Positions 41,511 through 49,724 of a DNA stretch of 64,000 nt are shown here, one piece after another (positions within the stretch are counted from its first letter, which is position 1; each line of letters opens with the position of its first letter). Location: positions 185,614 through 249,613 of the IMG/VR virus record IMGVR_UViG_3300035522_000179; one strand, given 5' to 3'. The position numbers were made by a program, and so were the translations under genes. The stretch comes from a virus. Its lineage: Duplodnaviria; Caudoviricetes. The notes under the pieces were generated by a model. That model did not search any database. It was not told the DNA's origin and saw only the letters and a program-made list of their open reading frames with translations.

Positions 41511-43463
41511 TTAAATAGCTTTACTATTGATAAGAACTCTCTCACGCTCTCTAGCGTATTGATCTTTCAAACGCATCAATTGATATTTCTCTCTTTTGTC
41601 CATATTGCCTGCGGCATCCTGAATCTTTTCTTCACAGATTTTGATCTCTGTCTCCAATTCAGAAGCAAACTCATTTCGAATTCGCTTATCCTTTTCCTTT
41701 GAAAGTTTTCTGGAAAACCATACAACAGGAACAAAGAGTTTGTTGACATAAAAAGCAAGACCATAAGTACATGCCACACGAAGGTTCTTCATGATTTTCT
41801 TTCGATAACCGGGCTTTAACATATACTCTTTACGTCGGTTATCATCCATCTCATCAAATCCATGGATAATACTTTTGAATCCTTCTACAAGTCCAGAGGG
41901 AATTTTTAACACTGCTTTACCAGCATTCTTAATTCCGGTTCCGAGTTGACGAACTTTCTGAGCACCTGCTCTGCTTACCTTATGAGCTTCCATTCCAGCA
42001 TTTTGAACTTTTCCAATCAGTCCCGGTTTTGCTTTCACCGGTTTCTTGGAATTTGGATTGGATGCACTGGGCATTCCATTACTGGAGACTTTATTCGAAT
42101 TGGAAATATTCTGATTGTCGTTATTATCCGAATTATCCCCATCGTCATCATCTTCATCATCGTCGTCATCATTCGAGGTGGTATTGTTGTTGTTCTGATT
42201 TTGAGCTTTGTTCTTATTCGGAACCTCTCCATACATCACATGTCTTTTTGCCAATACCTTATTGGGCGCCCCCGTCGCCGTGTATTCAAAAAAATGGTTT
42301 TCCTCTAAGGATGCCTCAACTTCAGCAACTGCTTCGTTGATAATTAATTCTCCTTCTTCTACGGTAACCGAACCAGTAATTCCCATGGATTCCTTGATTG
42401 TAGTAAAGAGAGGAGTCTCCATCAAGATCTCATCGGTATCTCTTAACACATACTGCTCATGAACGTTATTTCTTACACACTCATACATTGCATGTTTAAA
42501 ACCAATCAAATCACTATGGAGTTTTTCTCTATCCTCTCTGTACAAATCATCGTATACAGATTCCTCCATGATAGAGTTTACTGCACTCTTCTGATCATAA
42601 TAAACGGGATTGATGGTATCATCAGCAGCTTCATTAAATGCAGAAATCATTTCACTTCCAATGTCGGCATTTAAAATACCATGTGCAACGGAACGAAGAT
42701 TTGCATTACTGAAGCTATTGACTCCTTCCATAAATCGATCGGAGAAAGCAAGGGTTTGAACCTTCTCACAAGCAAGAAGATTATTGGTCTTATCTTCGAT
42801 ATTATTTCCAGTATTGCTATTTATAATATCTAAATAAGACTCACACATTTCTTTTTCCAAATCCAATTCTTTTGCATAAGGAGTTAAATAAGTAACCTTT
42901 GCCATAGAAGGATACTTACTGATAAAATCCTGGTAGTTATCACATTCTCCAGCATAAGGTTTATCTTCTCCAAAAATCTTACAAGCCTCTTCATCTCCAG
43001 AATCAATTCTCGATTTGCAAAGTCTTGCATAAGTCTCATCAAAGAACTTATCATCTACAGCATCCGATAAACTAGATACTTCAATAGTTCCTTCCGGAGA
43101 TCTGGAATCTACTAAAGAATCCATATCTGAGATTGCATTTCCATAAAGATCTTTTAAGAAAGGATTCATCTTATCTTGTGCATCTGAATAATATCCTTTC
43201 ACAGAATCTCTCAAATTACAAAGAGAATCATATCTCATCGGAACGTTCTTTGCAGTCCATGACATAAAGGGCAATCCGTACTGAGGCTCAGCGGAAATAT
43301 ATTTTGCATTCTTTACAATAAAGGAAAGAGGCTTTCCAATAAAGCATTTACGATAATTTTGTACTGCATCATCTGTGTACTCAGTCTTTAATTCTTCGTA
43401 AGAATTTTTCAGACGCTTAGAATCGGTACCATTGATGATTTTCTCAGTGTCCAATATAGCCAT
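41511..43463 (-). CDS. putative virion head protein
   Basis: 650 aa with multiple xxE-A/S/G motifs and a basic C-terminal domain; AACA-N6-TA at 43492-43503. Confidence 0.55.
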   Translation of the reverse strand: MAILDTEKIINGTDSKRLKNSYEELKTEYTDDAVQNYRKCFIGKPLSFIVKNAKYISAEPQYGLPFMSWTAKNVPMRYDSLCNLRDSVKGYYSDAQDKMNPFLKDLYGNAISDMDSLVDSRSPEGTIEVSSLSDAVDDKFFDETYARLCKSRIDSGDEEACKIFGEDKPYAGECDNYQDFISKYPSMAKVTYLTPYAKELDLEKEMCESYLDIINSNTGNNIEDKTNNLLACEKVQTLAFSDRFMEGVNSFSNANLRSVAHGILNADIGSEMISAFNEAADDTINPVYYDQKSAVNSIMEESVYDDLYREDREKLHSDLIGFKHAMYECVRNNVHEQYVLRDTDEILMETPLFTTIKESMGITGSVTVEEGELIINEAVAEVEASLEENHFFEYTATGAPNKVLAKRHVMYGEVPNKNKAQNQNNNNTTSNDDDDDEDDDDGDNSDNNDNQNISNSNKVSSNGMPSASNPNSKKPVKAKPGLIGKVQNAGMEAHKVSRAGAQKVRQLGTGIKNAGKAVLKIPSGLVEGFKSIIHGFDEMDDNRRKEYMLKPGYRKKIMKNLRVACTYGLAFYVNKLFVPVVWFSRKLSKEKDKRIRNEFASELETEIKICEEKIQDAAGNMDKREKYQLMRLKDQYARERERVLINSKAI

Positions 43464-43640
43464 CGCGGCTACCTCCTTTTCATTTTTTCGTTACATATTT
43501 GTTGAATTACTATACTTTCAGCGCAGGTAGTGGGATATCAAAAAAACATTTATAATAAGCAGTATTTGTAAAAATACTAACAAAAATATGCAAAGAAAGT
43601 AATCACTTTCAGGAATAATAAAGAAAGGAAGATAAGGAAT

Positions 43641-44915
43641 ATGAGTCCTGTAAATACAGATCAAGATTTTTCTGTTTTGATCAGTCAAGTGAAAGACGGG
43701 AAAACTCTTTATTTATATCCTGTCGTTCGAGATATTGATGTACTACTTAGTACAGAAGAAGATGGTGTTGATACCTTGGGAGATTTATTAGCAAACGGGG
43801 TGACTCCTAGTATTTCTTCTATGAAAGCAATCTTTGTAGACAGCGATGATTTGAAAATTAGTTTTGATGAGGAAGCGAAAACGGGTTCGGTTTCTCATAA
43901 AAATTTAATTCCTGCTGGGTCTACAAATGGTACCAATGGAAATGTGGAACATGGTGGAGATATCAAGATCCCTTCTTTTAGTGTGGATAAGAACGGTCAC
44001 ATTACAGAGTTGGGACTTGCAACGGTTACCCTTCCCGAAGGGTATACCTTGCCAACCGCTAGTACCGAGGAACTTGGTGGAATTAAAATTGGAAATGGCT
44101 TTGTGATTGATAAAACTGGATCTGCATCTATTAAGGAAGCAACAGAAACTGAAGTTGGTGGAGTGCTTCTTACCAATGAGTATGGGGAAGACTTAACAAA
44201 TAAAGCGGCTTCTGGATCTTCCGTGTATTCTGCACTTGTTGCAGCAAATGAATATGCAGATACGGGGATTAAAAATCTGAAAGAGAGTGGAATCTCACCA
44301 GATTTTAATGAACTGGTTGCTATCATTGCAGAATCCAATGGAATCTCGATATCCGTAAATGATGAAAATAAGACCATTACCTTTGGACACAAAAATACGG
44401 TTGAAGCTGGATCGAGTGATGGATCCAATGGGGAATTAAACTATGGAGATTCCATAAAGATTCCTTCTTTTACGTTTGATGAAAACGGTCACATTACTGC
44501 AGTGTCTACAACTGAAGCAACACTTCCAGAGGCTTACTCTCTTCCTATTGCAACACACAACACCCTTGGTGGTGTAATTATTGGAGATAGCATATCGCTT
44601 GATTCCGAAACAGGAAAAATTACGTTGGATGTGGCAACCTTAACAAGCAAAGGAATTGTAATGCTTTCAAACAGTACGGATTCCGATGAGGAAAATATCG
44701 CTGCAACATCTTTTGCAGTAAAGACTGCTTATGGCAATTCAAAAAACTATACCGATACAGCAATTAGTGAATTAACAAATGCGTTTTTGAATGAATTCGT
44801 TTCGGTATCTGGTGGAGATGTAACAGGAAGTTTAAATTTAGAAAAAGGATTAACCATTTCAAATGATGTTTCTATCTCGTATAATACAGACAATGATGAG
44901 GTTAGTTTCTCTTAA
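43641..44915 (+). CDS. tail fibre protein (proximal)
   Basis: LPxA...LGGIxIG repeats, duplicated IKIPSFxxDxNGHIT module, and ATLTSKGIVMLS...AATSFAVKTAY fibre repeat. Confidence 0.75.
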   Translation: MSPVNTDQDFSVLISQVKDGKTLYLYPVVRDIDVLLSTEEDGVDTLGDLLANGVTPSISSMKAIFVDSDDLKISFDEEAKTGSVSHKNLIPAGSTNGTNGNVEHGGDIKIPSFSVDKNGHITELGLATVTLPEGYTLPTASTEELGGIKIGNGFVIDKTGSASIKEATETEVGGVLLTNEYGEDLTNKAASGSSVYSALVAANEYADTGIKNLKESGISPDFNELVAIIAESNGISISVNDENKTITFGHKNTVEAGSSDGSNGELNYGDSIKIPSFTFDENGHITAVSTTEATLPEAYSLPIATHNTLGGVIIGDSISLDSETGKITLDVATLTSKGIVMLSNSTDSDEENIAATSFAVKTAYGNSKNYTDTAISELTNAFLNEFVSVSGGDVTGSLNLEKGLTISNDVSISYNTDNDEVSFS

Positions 44916-45039
44916 AAACAAGAAAACACGTGAAGATTAAAAGTTATCTTCACGTGTTTTTTCAAGGACAATACTATTAATTACACTTTAAGTATTGCTA
45001 AAATACTGAAATTTTAAAATAAATAAAGGAGATCATAAA

Positions 45040-47115
45040 ATGTCAAGAAGTTGGAATTTTAATGGTTATCTGAAAGAAAATGGAAAACGGGTTGTAACCG
45101 ATGCCGCAGCTACCATTACTCAGATCGACAGTTCTGAGAAGCCATCTGCGGAGGTCACAACCGATGAAGAAAGTGGAAAATTATTATTTAATTTAAATAT
45201 ACCAAAATCCGGAGGAGTATCCGGTGATTACCTTCCGTTAGCAGGAGGAAGTCTGAGTGGTAGTATTATCACTCCAGCGAGTAAAACCTTAGGAATTTAT
45301 CCTTCTGAAAATAGTACAGGTCAGATCGGATCTTCTGATAAAAAATTTTATCAGATCTATGGCGATAATCTCGTTATAGGAGATGATGCATCGCGGACGG
45401 TATCTATATCTTCTGGAACGATTCAGATAAATGCTCATAGTTATGTCAATTCAGATGGTGAAGAGTGTTATGATCATGTCTATTTTGGAATTGGTGATGC
45501 CTCCATGCAACAAATAAAAGGAGGTCAGTTAAATATTGAATCAAGTAGAATAAAAGTATGGGGTTCCAAAAAAGCTATGATTCATGGGTCAAGTTCTTGT
45601 ATTGATTTGACTGAAGGCGGTAAAATTATCATGAGAGCCACCAATGGAATTACTTTTGACGATGCCGTTACATTTAATGATGAAGTTACAGCAAAAACTA
45701 CCGTAACCATGGGAGGGAATATTATATTACCTGCAAGTAATAGTAAAGGAATCTATCCCGCAAGCAATAACTATGGACAGATTGGTTCCCCTAATAAGAA
45801 CATCTATCAGATTTATGCTACAAATATAAATGCTAGTCAATTATATACAAACGATATAGTATTAGGAATTCATAACAAAAAACATATAAAATTCGGAGAT
45901 ATGGCATATATCGATTATAATACTGATACTGATTATAGGCTTGAAATAGCATCCTCATCGTGCATGGTAATATATAATACCGTTAAGGATAACAATATTG
46001 TTTTAAAGGATAACGGTTCTATTCATATATCTGTCCCAACCAATAATACTATTCGGCTTCAATCTTCACCTACCGGAGACTGTGGTAGCTTAGAGATACA
46101 CAACCAAAATGCGACACTTCACTTAAATAACTTTACAATGACAACACCATATGGGGTTATAGATGGGAGTTTTTCAGATGAAGATCCTTATTTGTTATCC
46201 TTATATTCTAACGTAACACGTAATCGGGTGACTGACAGTTCGGCATGTTCACAAAGACGTGTTAGAATGCGAGGAGACTTTATATATAGATCGGATGATA
46301 CAAAAATTACTGTACAATATGAAGGTGGGACTATTTACCTATTATCAAATCATTATAAGGAAGGGTCAAGTTATAATACTTCATCTGGTACGTTTTCTCA
46401 TGCAGAAGGTTCTAACACGACGGCATCAGGTTTCTATTCTCATGCAGAAGGTTGTAACACGACGGCAGGTTCCTATTCTCATGCAGAAGGATATTACACG
46501 ACGGCATCAGGTTCCTATTCTCATGCAGAAGGATATTACACGACGGCACCTTACGCTTCTCATGCAGAAGGATATTACACGACGGTATCAGGTTCCTATT
46601 CTCATGCAGAAGGATATTACACGACGGCACCAGGTTCCTATCAACACATACAAGGAAAATTCAATACATCTGATGCATCCTCAGCTCACATAGTTGGTGG
46701 TGGTACTTCATCCGTTTCCAGGAAAAATATTCATACCTTAGACTGGTCTGGAAACGGATGGTTTGCAGGAGATGTTACCACCAATACCCATAAATTGAAT
46801 TCTTCTCTTCAACTTTATGCGGAAGCGTATGATATCAGTACCACTGCACAAACGTTCACTTTAGGTGTTGGAAAGACTTATTTACTTATGGTATATGCAC
46901 GTACGGAATCAACCAACGCTGTTTATGGAATGAGCGCACGTATGATTGCTACACCGGATTCATCATCTAGTACTGCAAATGTAACGATACTTGCTATGGG
47001 AACGACATCCAATACTGGATTTACGATTACCGCTGGTAATTTCCAAGTATCTGTAAAAGCATCTTCATCTACCTATGAAGTAGACTGTGTACTTTATGAA
47101 ACAAGCGGAGATTAA
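45040..47115 (+). CDS. tail fibre / receptor-binding protein with YadA-head-like SHAEG repeats
   Basis: YLPLAGGSLSG, duplicated GIYP..GQIGS module, six SHAEG repeats, and IVGGGTS...TLDWSGNGWFAG. Confidence 0.75.
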   Translation: MSRSWNFNGYLKENGKRVVTDAAATITQIDSSEKPSAEVTTDEESGKLLFNLNIPKSGGVSGDYLPLAGGSLSGSIITPASKTLGIYPSENSTGQIGSSDKKFYQIYGDNLVIGDDASRTVSISSGTIQINAHSYVNSDGEECYDHVYFGIGDASMQQIKGGQLNIESSRIKVWGSKKAMIHGSSSCIDLTEGGKIIMRATNGITFDDAVTFNDEVTAKTTVTMGGNIILPASNSKGIYPASNNYGQIGSPNKNIYQIYATNINASQLYTNDIVLGIHNKKHIKFGDMAYIDYNTDTDYRLEIASSSCMVIYNTVKDNNIVLKDNGSIHISVPTNNTIRLQSSPTGDCGSLEIHNQNATLHLNNFTMTTPYGVIDGSFSDEDPYLLSLYSNVTRNRVTDSSACSQRRVRMRGDFIYRSDDTKITVQYEGGTIYLLSNHYKEGSSYNTSSGTFSHAEGSNTTASGFYSHAEGCNTTAGSYSHAEGYYTTASGSYSHAEGYYTTAPYASHAEGYYTTVSGSYSHAEGYYTTAPGSYQHIQGKFNTSDASSAHIVGGGTSSVSRKNIHTLDWSGNGWFAGDVTTNTHKLNSSLQLYAEAYDISTTAQTFTLGVGKTYLLMVYARTESTNAVYGMSARMIATPDSSSSTANVTILAMGTTSNTGFTITAGNFQVSVKASSSTYEVDCVLYETSGD
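46396..46640 (+). repeat. tandem in-frame repeats of 42/39 nt (SHAEGYYTTASGSY)
   Basis: tctcatgcagaagg starts at 46396, 46438, 46477, 46519, 46558 and 46600. Confidence 0.95.
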
Positions 47116-47129
47116 GGAGGATAACCATA

Positions 47130-47825
47130 ATGCCCTATATTAAATTTAATAACACCGACGTAACTATGCCGTTATCCCGGTGTGTACTTTATCGTGATCG
47201 TGTAGAAATCTTCGGGGAAGGAATCAAAGAATTTGCAGAAGAATACATCGCAAGTATCCCGGAAGATTTTCAGATCTTTGTAATAAAAGAAAAACCTAAA
47301 ACAGAAGAAGTTGTAGATCCCAAAATCGAAGAGATTACCGAAGATACCGATGAAACAACCAATGAAACTAGTGATTCTGAAATCACAGAAACAACAGAAG
47401 ATTCTACTGAAGAAAATGATGAGGAACCTACTGAAGAAGTAATAGAAGAAGTATCAGAAGAAACAACTTCCGAAGATGATGAACCTACAGAAGAAGAGGC
47501 TACTTTAGAAGAAACGAAAGAACCCGAGGAGCCAGTATTCGAAGAGCCTGAGATCGAAACCAGAGAATATCCTGGATTTAGGATCTTAAGAGACGACGAT
47601 ACCGTATTGAAAGATTGTGAGAATTTCATTTACAAATGGAATATTTACACAGACTACGAAGATGGTATTGTTTTAACCTCTTCAAAAACGGATCGAGAGC
47701 GCAAGCCAGTTGAGAATGCAGACGAACCTGTGGAAGTTGTAGATCCATTAAATAACGATGATCTGACCGAATGTGTAGCAGATCTGATGTATGAACTTAG
47801 CTGTAATGAGCTTGGCTTATCATAA
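47130..47825 (+). CDS. tail-fibre-associated protein with E/T-rich insert
   Basis: Follows the fibre gene; C-terminal DLTECVADLMYE as in XkdW-like chaperones. Confidence 0.55.
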   Translation: MPYIKFNNTDVTMPLSRCVLYRDRVEIFGEGIKEFAEEYIASIPEDFQIFVIKEKPKTEEVVDPKIEEITEDTDETTNETSDSEITETTEDSTEENDEEPTEEVIEEVSEETTSEDDEPTEEEATLEETKEPEEPVFEEPEIETREYPGFRILRDDDTVLKDCENFIYKWNIYTDYEDGIVLTSSKTDRERKPVENADEPVEVVDPLNNDDLTECVADLMYELSCNELGLS

Positions 47826-47846
47826 AATAAGAAAGGAAGAAAAATC

Positions 47847-47987
47847 ATGGCTTATAAAATCATGAAAAAACTGATTACCGATAGAAAAAAGACAAAAGAC
47901 GAACTGATCAATATGGCAGATGTTTATTATGGTGCTGGAAGACTCACAGATGAGGAGTATCAGGAAATCATCACATTGATTGGTTAA
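47847..47987 (+). CDS. XkdX-like small protein (46 aa, absent from the ORF track)
   Basis: gaaagga RBS; MAYKIMKKLI...DVYYGAGRLTDEEYQEIITLIG. Confidence 0.75.
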   Translation: MAYKIMKKLITDRKKTKDELINMADVYYGAGRLTDEEYQEIITLIG

Positions 47988-48079
47988 GTTCGTTCACTAC
48001 AAGATAATATGGAAGAGGTATTTAGTCTCTTCCATATTATCTTTTCATTTCACACGGTGTATTCTTATTATTTTTAATG

Positions 48080-48088
48080 ATATATTAT
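48080..48088 (+). promoter_or_regulatory. early-type phage promoter ATATATTAT
   Basis: Followed by ~270 nt of structured sequence with no ORF in the track, then a terminator. Confidence 0.7.
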
Positions 48089-48366
48089 TATCGTGTATGA
48101 GAGTAATCATTATACATTATTCTTCATACAGAAAAGATAACATACAAAGTATGTAGTGTGGGTATGGAACTTTAGACTGCTCAAAACAAAAAATAACAGC
48201 CTACTATGAATCAACAATAATTCAGGCGAAATGCTCATCCGTCACTTGTTTGCGGATGAGTTCCCTGTAAGTCCTGATGAGCACTATAACAGACCGGTGA
48301 AAGTGCGAGCCGGAGCAGTCCATAGTAGGCAAAATAATTAGTTAAAAACAACTGATTATTTTTTTG
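48089..48366 (+). ncRNA. candidate early structured RNA with crossing helices
   Basis: Helices 48175-48182/48313-48320, 48199-48208/48321-48330, ctcatccg/cggatgag and tcagg/cctga; terminator aataattagtt/aactgattatt plus T-run. Confidence 0.65.
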
Positions 48367-48448
48367 TATTTTTTTTGTACCTCCCTACTTTTCTATTCTC
48401 AAAAAGACAATATAAAATAAAAAGATTAATATAAATGGAGGAAACAAA

Positions 48449-49441
48449 ATGGAAATTATTGATCTTGATAAATCCTGTACTATCAAATGGAGATTAACTG
48501 ATGCATGTAATTACCATTGTAGTTACTGTATCAGAAGACCATTTATCACAGATCAACCCAGTGGTCTTTTGGATATGAAGGAGTGCGAAGATGCCATTCC
48601 TCAGATCTGTAGAATTTCAGAAGAATTAAAAGAAATCAATCAAAAGAATGTAAAGATTGATTTGATTGGTGGAGAGGTTGCGATCTATCCAAGACTCAAT
48701 AAGATTCTGGATAGACTCTATCAGTGCGATGCCATTGGTAGTGTAAATATCACAACCAACCTCTTTAATACTGTAGAGTATTATCTGGATCTCTTTTCGG
48801 TTGCGGATAGTTACAATAAGTCTCTTTCTATGACAGCAAGTTTTCACATTGAATTTGCGAAGTTGGATGAGTTCATTGAAAAATCAAAAGCAATCAATGC
48901 AAAGTATCATCCGAAGTTTAAATGTGAAACCGTTGTGACGCCGATCAATACTCAGTATCAGGAGTTCATTGATCTTTGTGAAGCAAACGATATCTACTAC
49001 ATGGCAGAAGAGGATCTCTTTAACCAAAACTACCGTGGACAGAAGTTATCTAATAAGAAAACTGCTCCAAGATATCTAGTAAAGGACGACTTTGGAAATG
49101 AAGAGTATTTCAATACCAGAAATGAGTACTTAAAGAAGTATGGTGTGAATGGATACTGCATTCCTTCCAGAGGTGGAAAGTGTACCAGAGATATGAACTA
49201 TGTTTACATTGAAAAGAACGTTGTATTTCGATGCACTGATCAGGTTCCTATCGAGAAGTTCCATGTGAGCAAGGAACGTAGAACTTGTGTAAGGGATTCT
49301 TGTACTTTGTGTGGGCATATGAGTATTTCCATACCGAAAAGGAGTACCATTGCAAAGCAGGAGTCCGTTACCAATGAAACTCAGAAACCTACAAAAAAGA
49401 AAAGTTACTTGGACGAATGTCCTAGAGTCGATCGACTCTAG
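48449..49441 (+). CDS. radical SAM enzyme with Cys-rich C-terminal (twitch/SPASM-like) extension
   Basis: WRLTDACNYHCSYC, LIGGEV, ITTN and ASFH; C-terminal C...C...C...CxxxxCxxC. Confidence 0.85.
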   Translation: MEIIDLDKSCTIKWRLTDACNYHCSYCIRRPFITDQPSGLLDMKECEDAIPQICRISEELKEINQKNVKIDLIGGEVAIYPRLNKILDRLYQCDAIGSVNITTNLFNTVEYYLDLFSVADSYNKSLSMTASFHIEFAKLDEFIEKSKAINAKYHPKFKCETVVTPINTQYQEFIDLCEANDIYYMAEEDLFNQNYRGQKLSNKKTAPRYLVKDDFGNEEYFNTRNEYLKKYGVNGYCIPSRGGKCTRDMNYVYIEKNVVFRCTDQVPIEKFHVSKERRTCVRDSCTLCGHMSISIPKRSTIAKQESVTNETQKPTKKKSYLDECPRVDRL

Positions 49442-49449
49442 AAAGGAGA

Positions 49450-49674
49450 ATGAATATGACTGAACCGAAAAATACAACTACAAATGAGGAAACTTTAACA
49501 GAAGGTCTTACCCCTATGACTCCTTGCATTGTTTACACAAAAGATGATATCGATGAATGTCTGGAATCGTTCAATACCCTTACTATAACTGGTTGGGAGA
49601 ACGTGTGTAAACTCGCAAAGATTCATTCCATCCTTGCAGAGAAAGGGATTAACGCTTCTCTACAACAAAAATAA
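49450..49674 (+). CDS. small protein, paralogue of 29440..29727
   Basis: Shared YxKDxI...GxxN pattern. Confidence 0.65.
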   Translation: MNMTEPKNTTTNEETLTEGLTPMTPCIVYTKDDIDECLESFNTLTITGWENVCKLAKIHSILAEKGINASLQQK

Positions 49675-49724
49675 ATAAAAAAAGATACATAAACCTGAAA
49701 ATAGGTTTATGTATCTTTTTTGTT

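Noticed and set aside
46396-46640. CRISPR array or DGR template/variable repeat
   Set aside because: The units are in-frame coding repeats without unique spacers; no adenine-specific variation and no RT or cas genes.
48225-48330. Hammerhead ribozyme (CUGAUGA, CGAAA and GUC words)
   Set aside because: I could not build stems I-III in any canonical permutation (stem II is followed by GAG, and stem I does not pair). Kept only as an unclassified structured RNA.
48199-48330. Retron msr-msd (terminal inverted repeats)
   Set aside because: No reverse transcriptase in the window.
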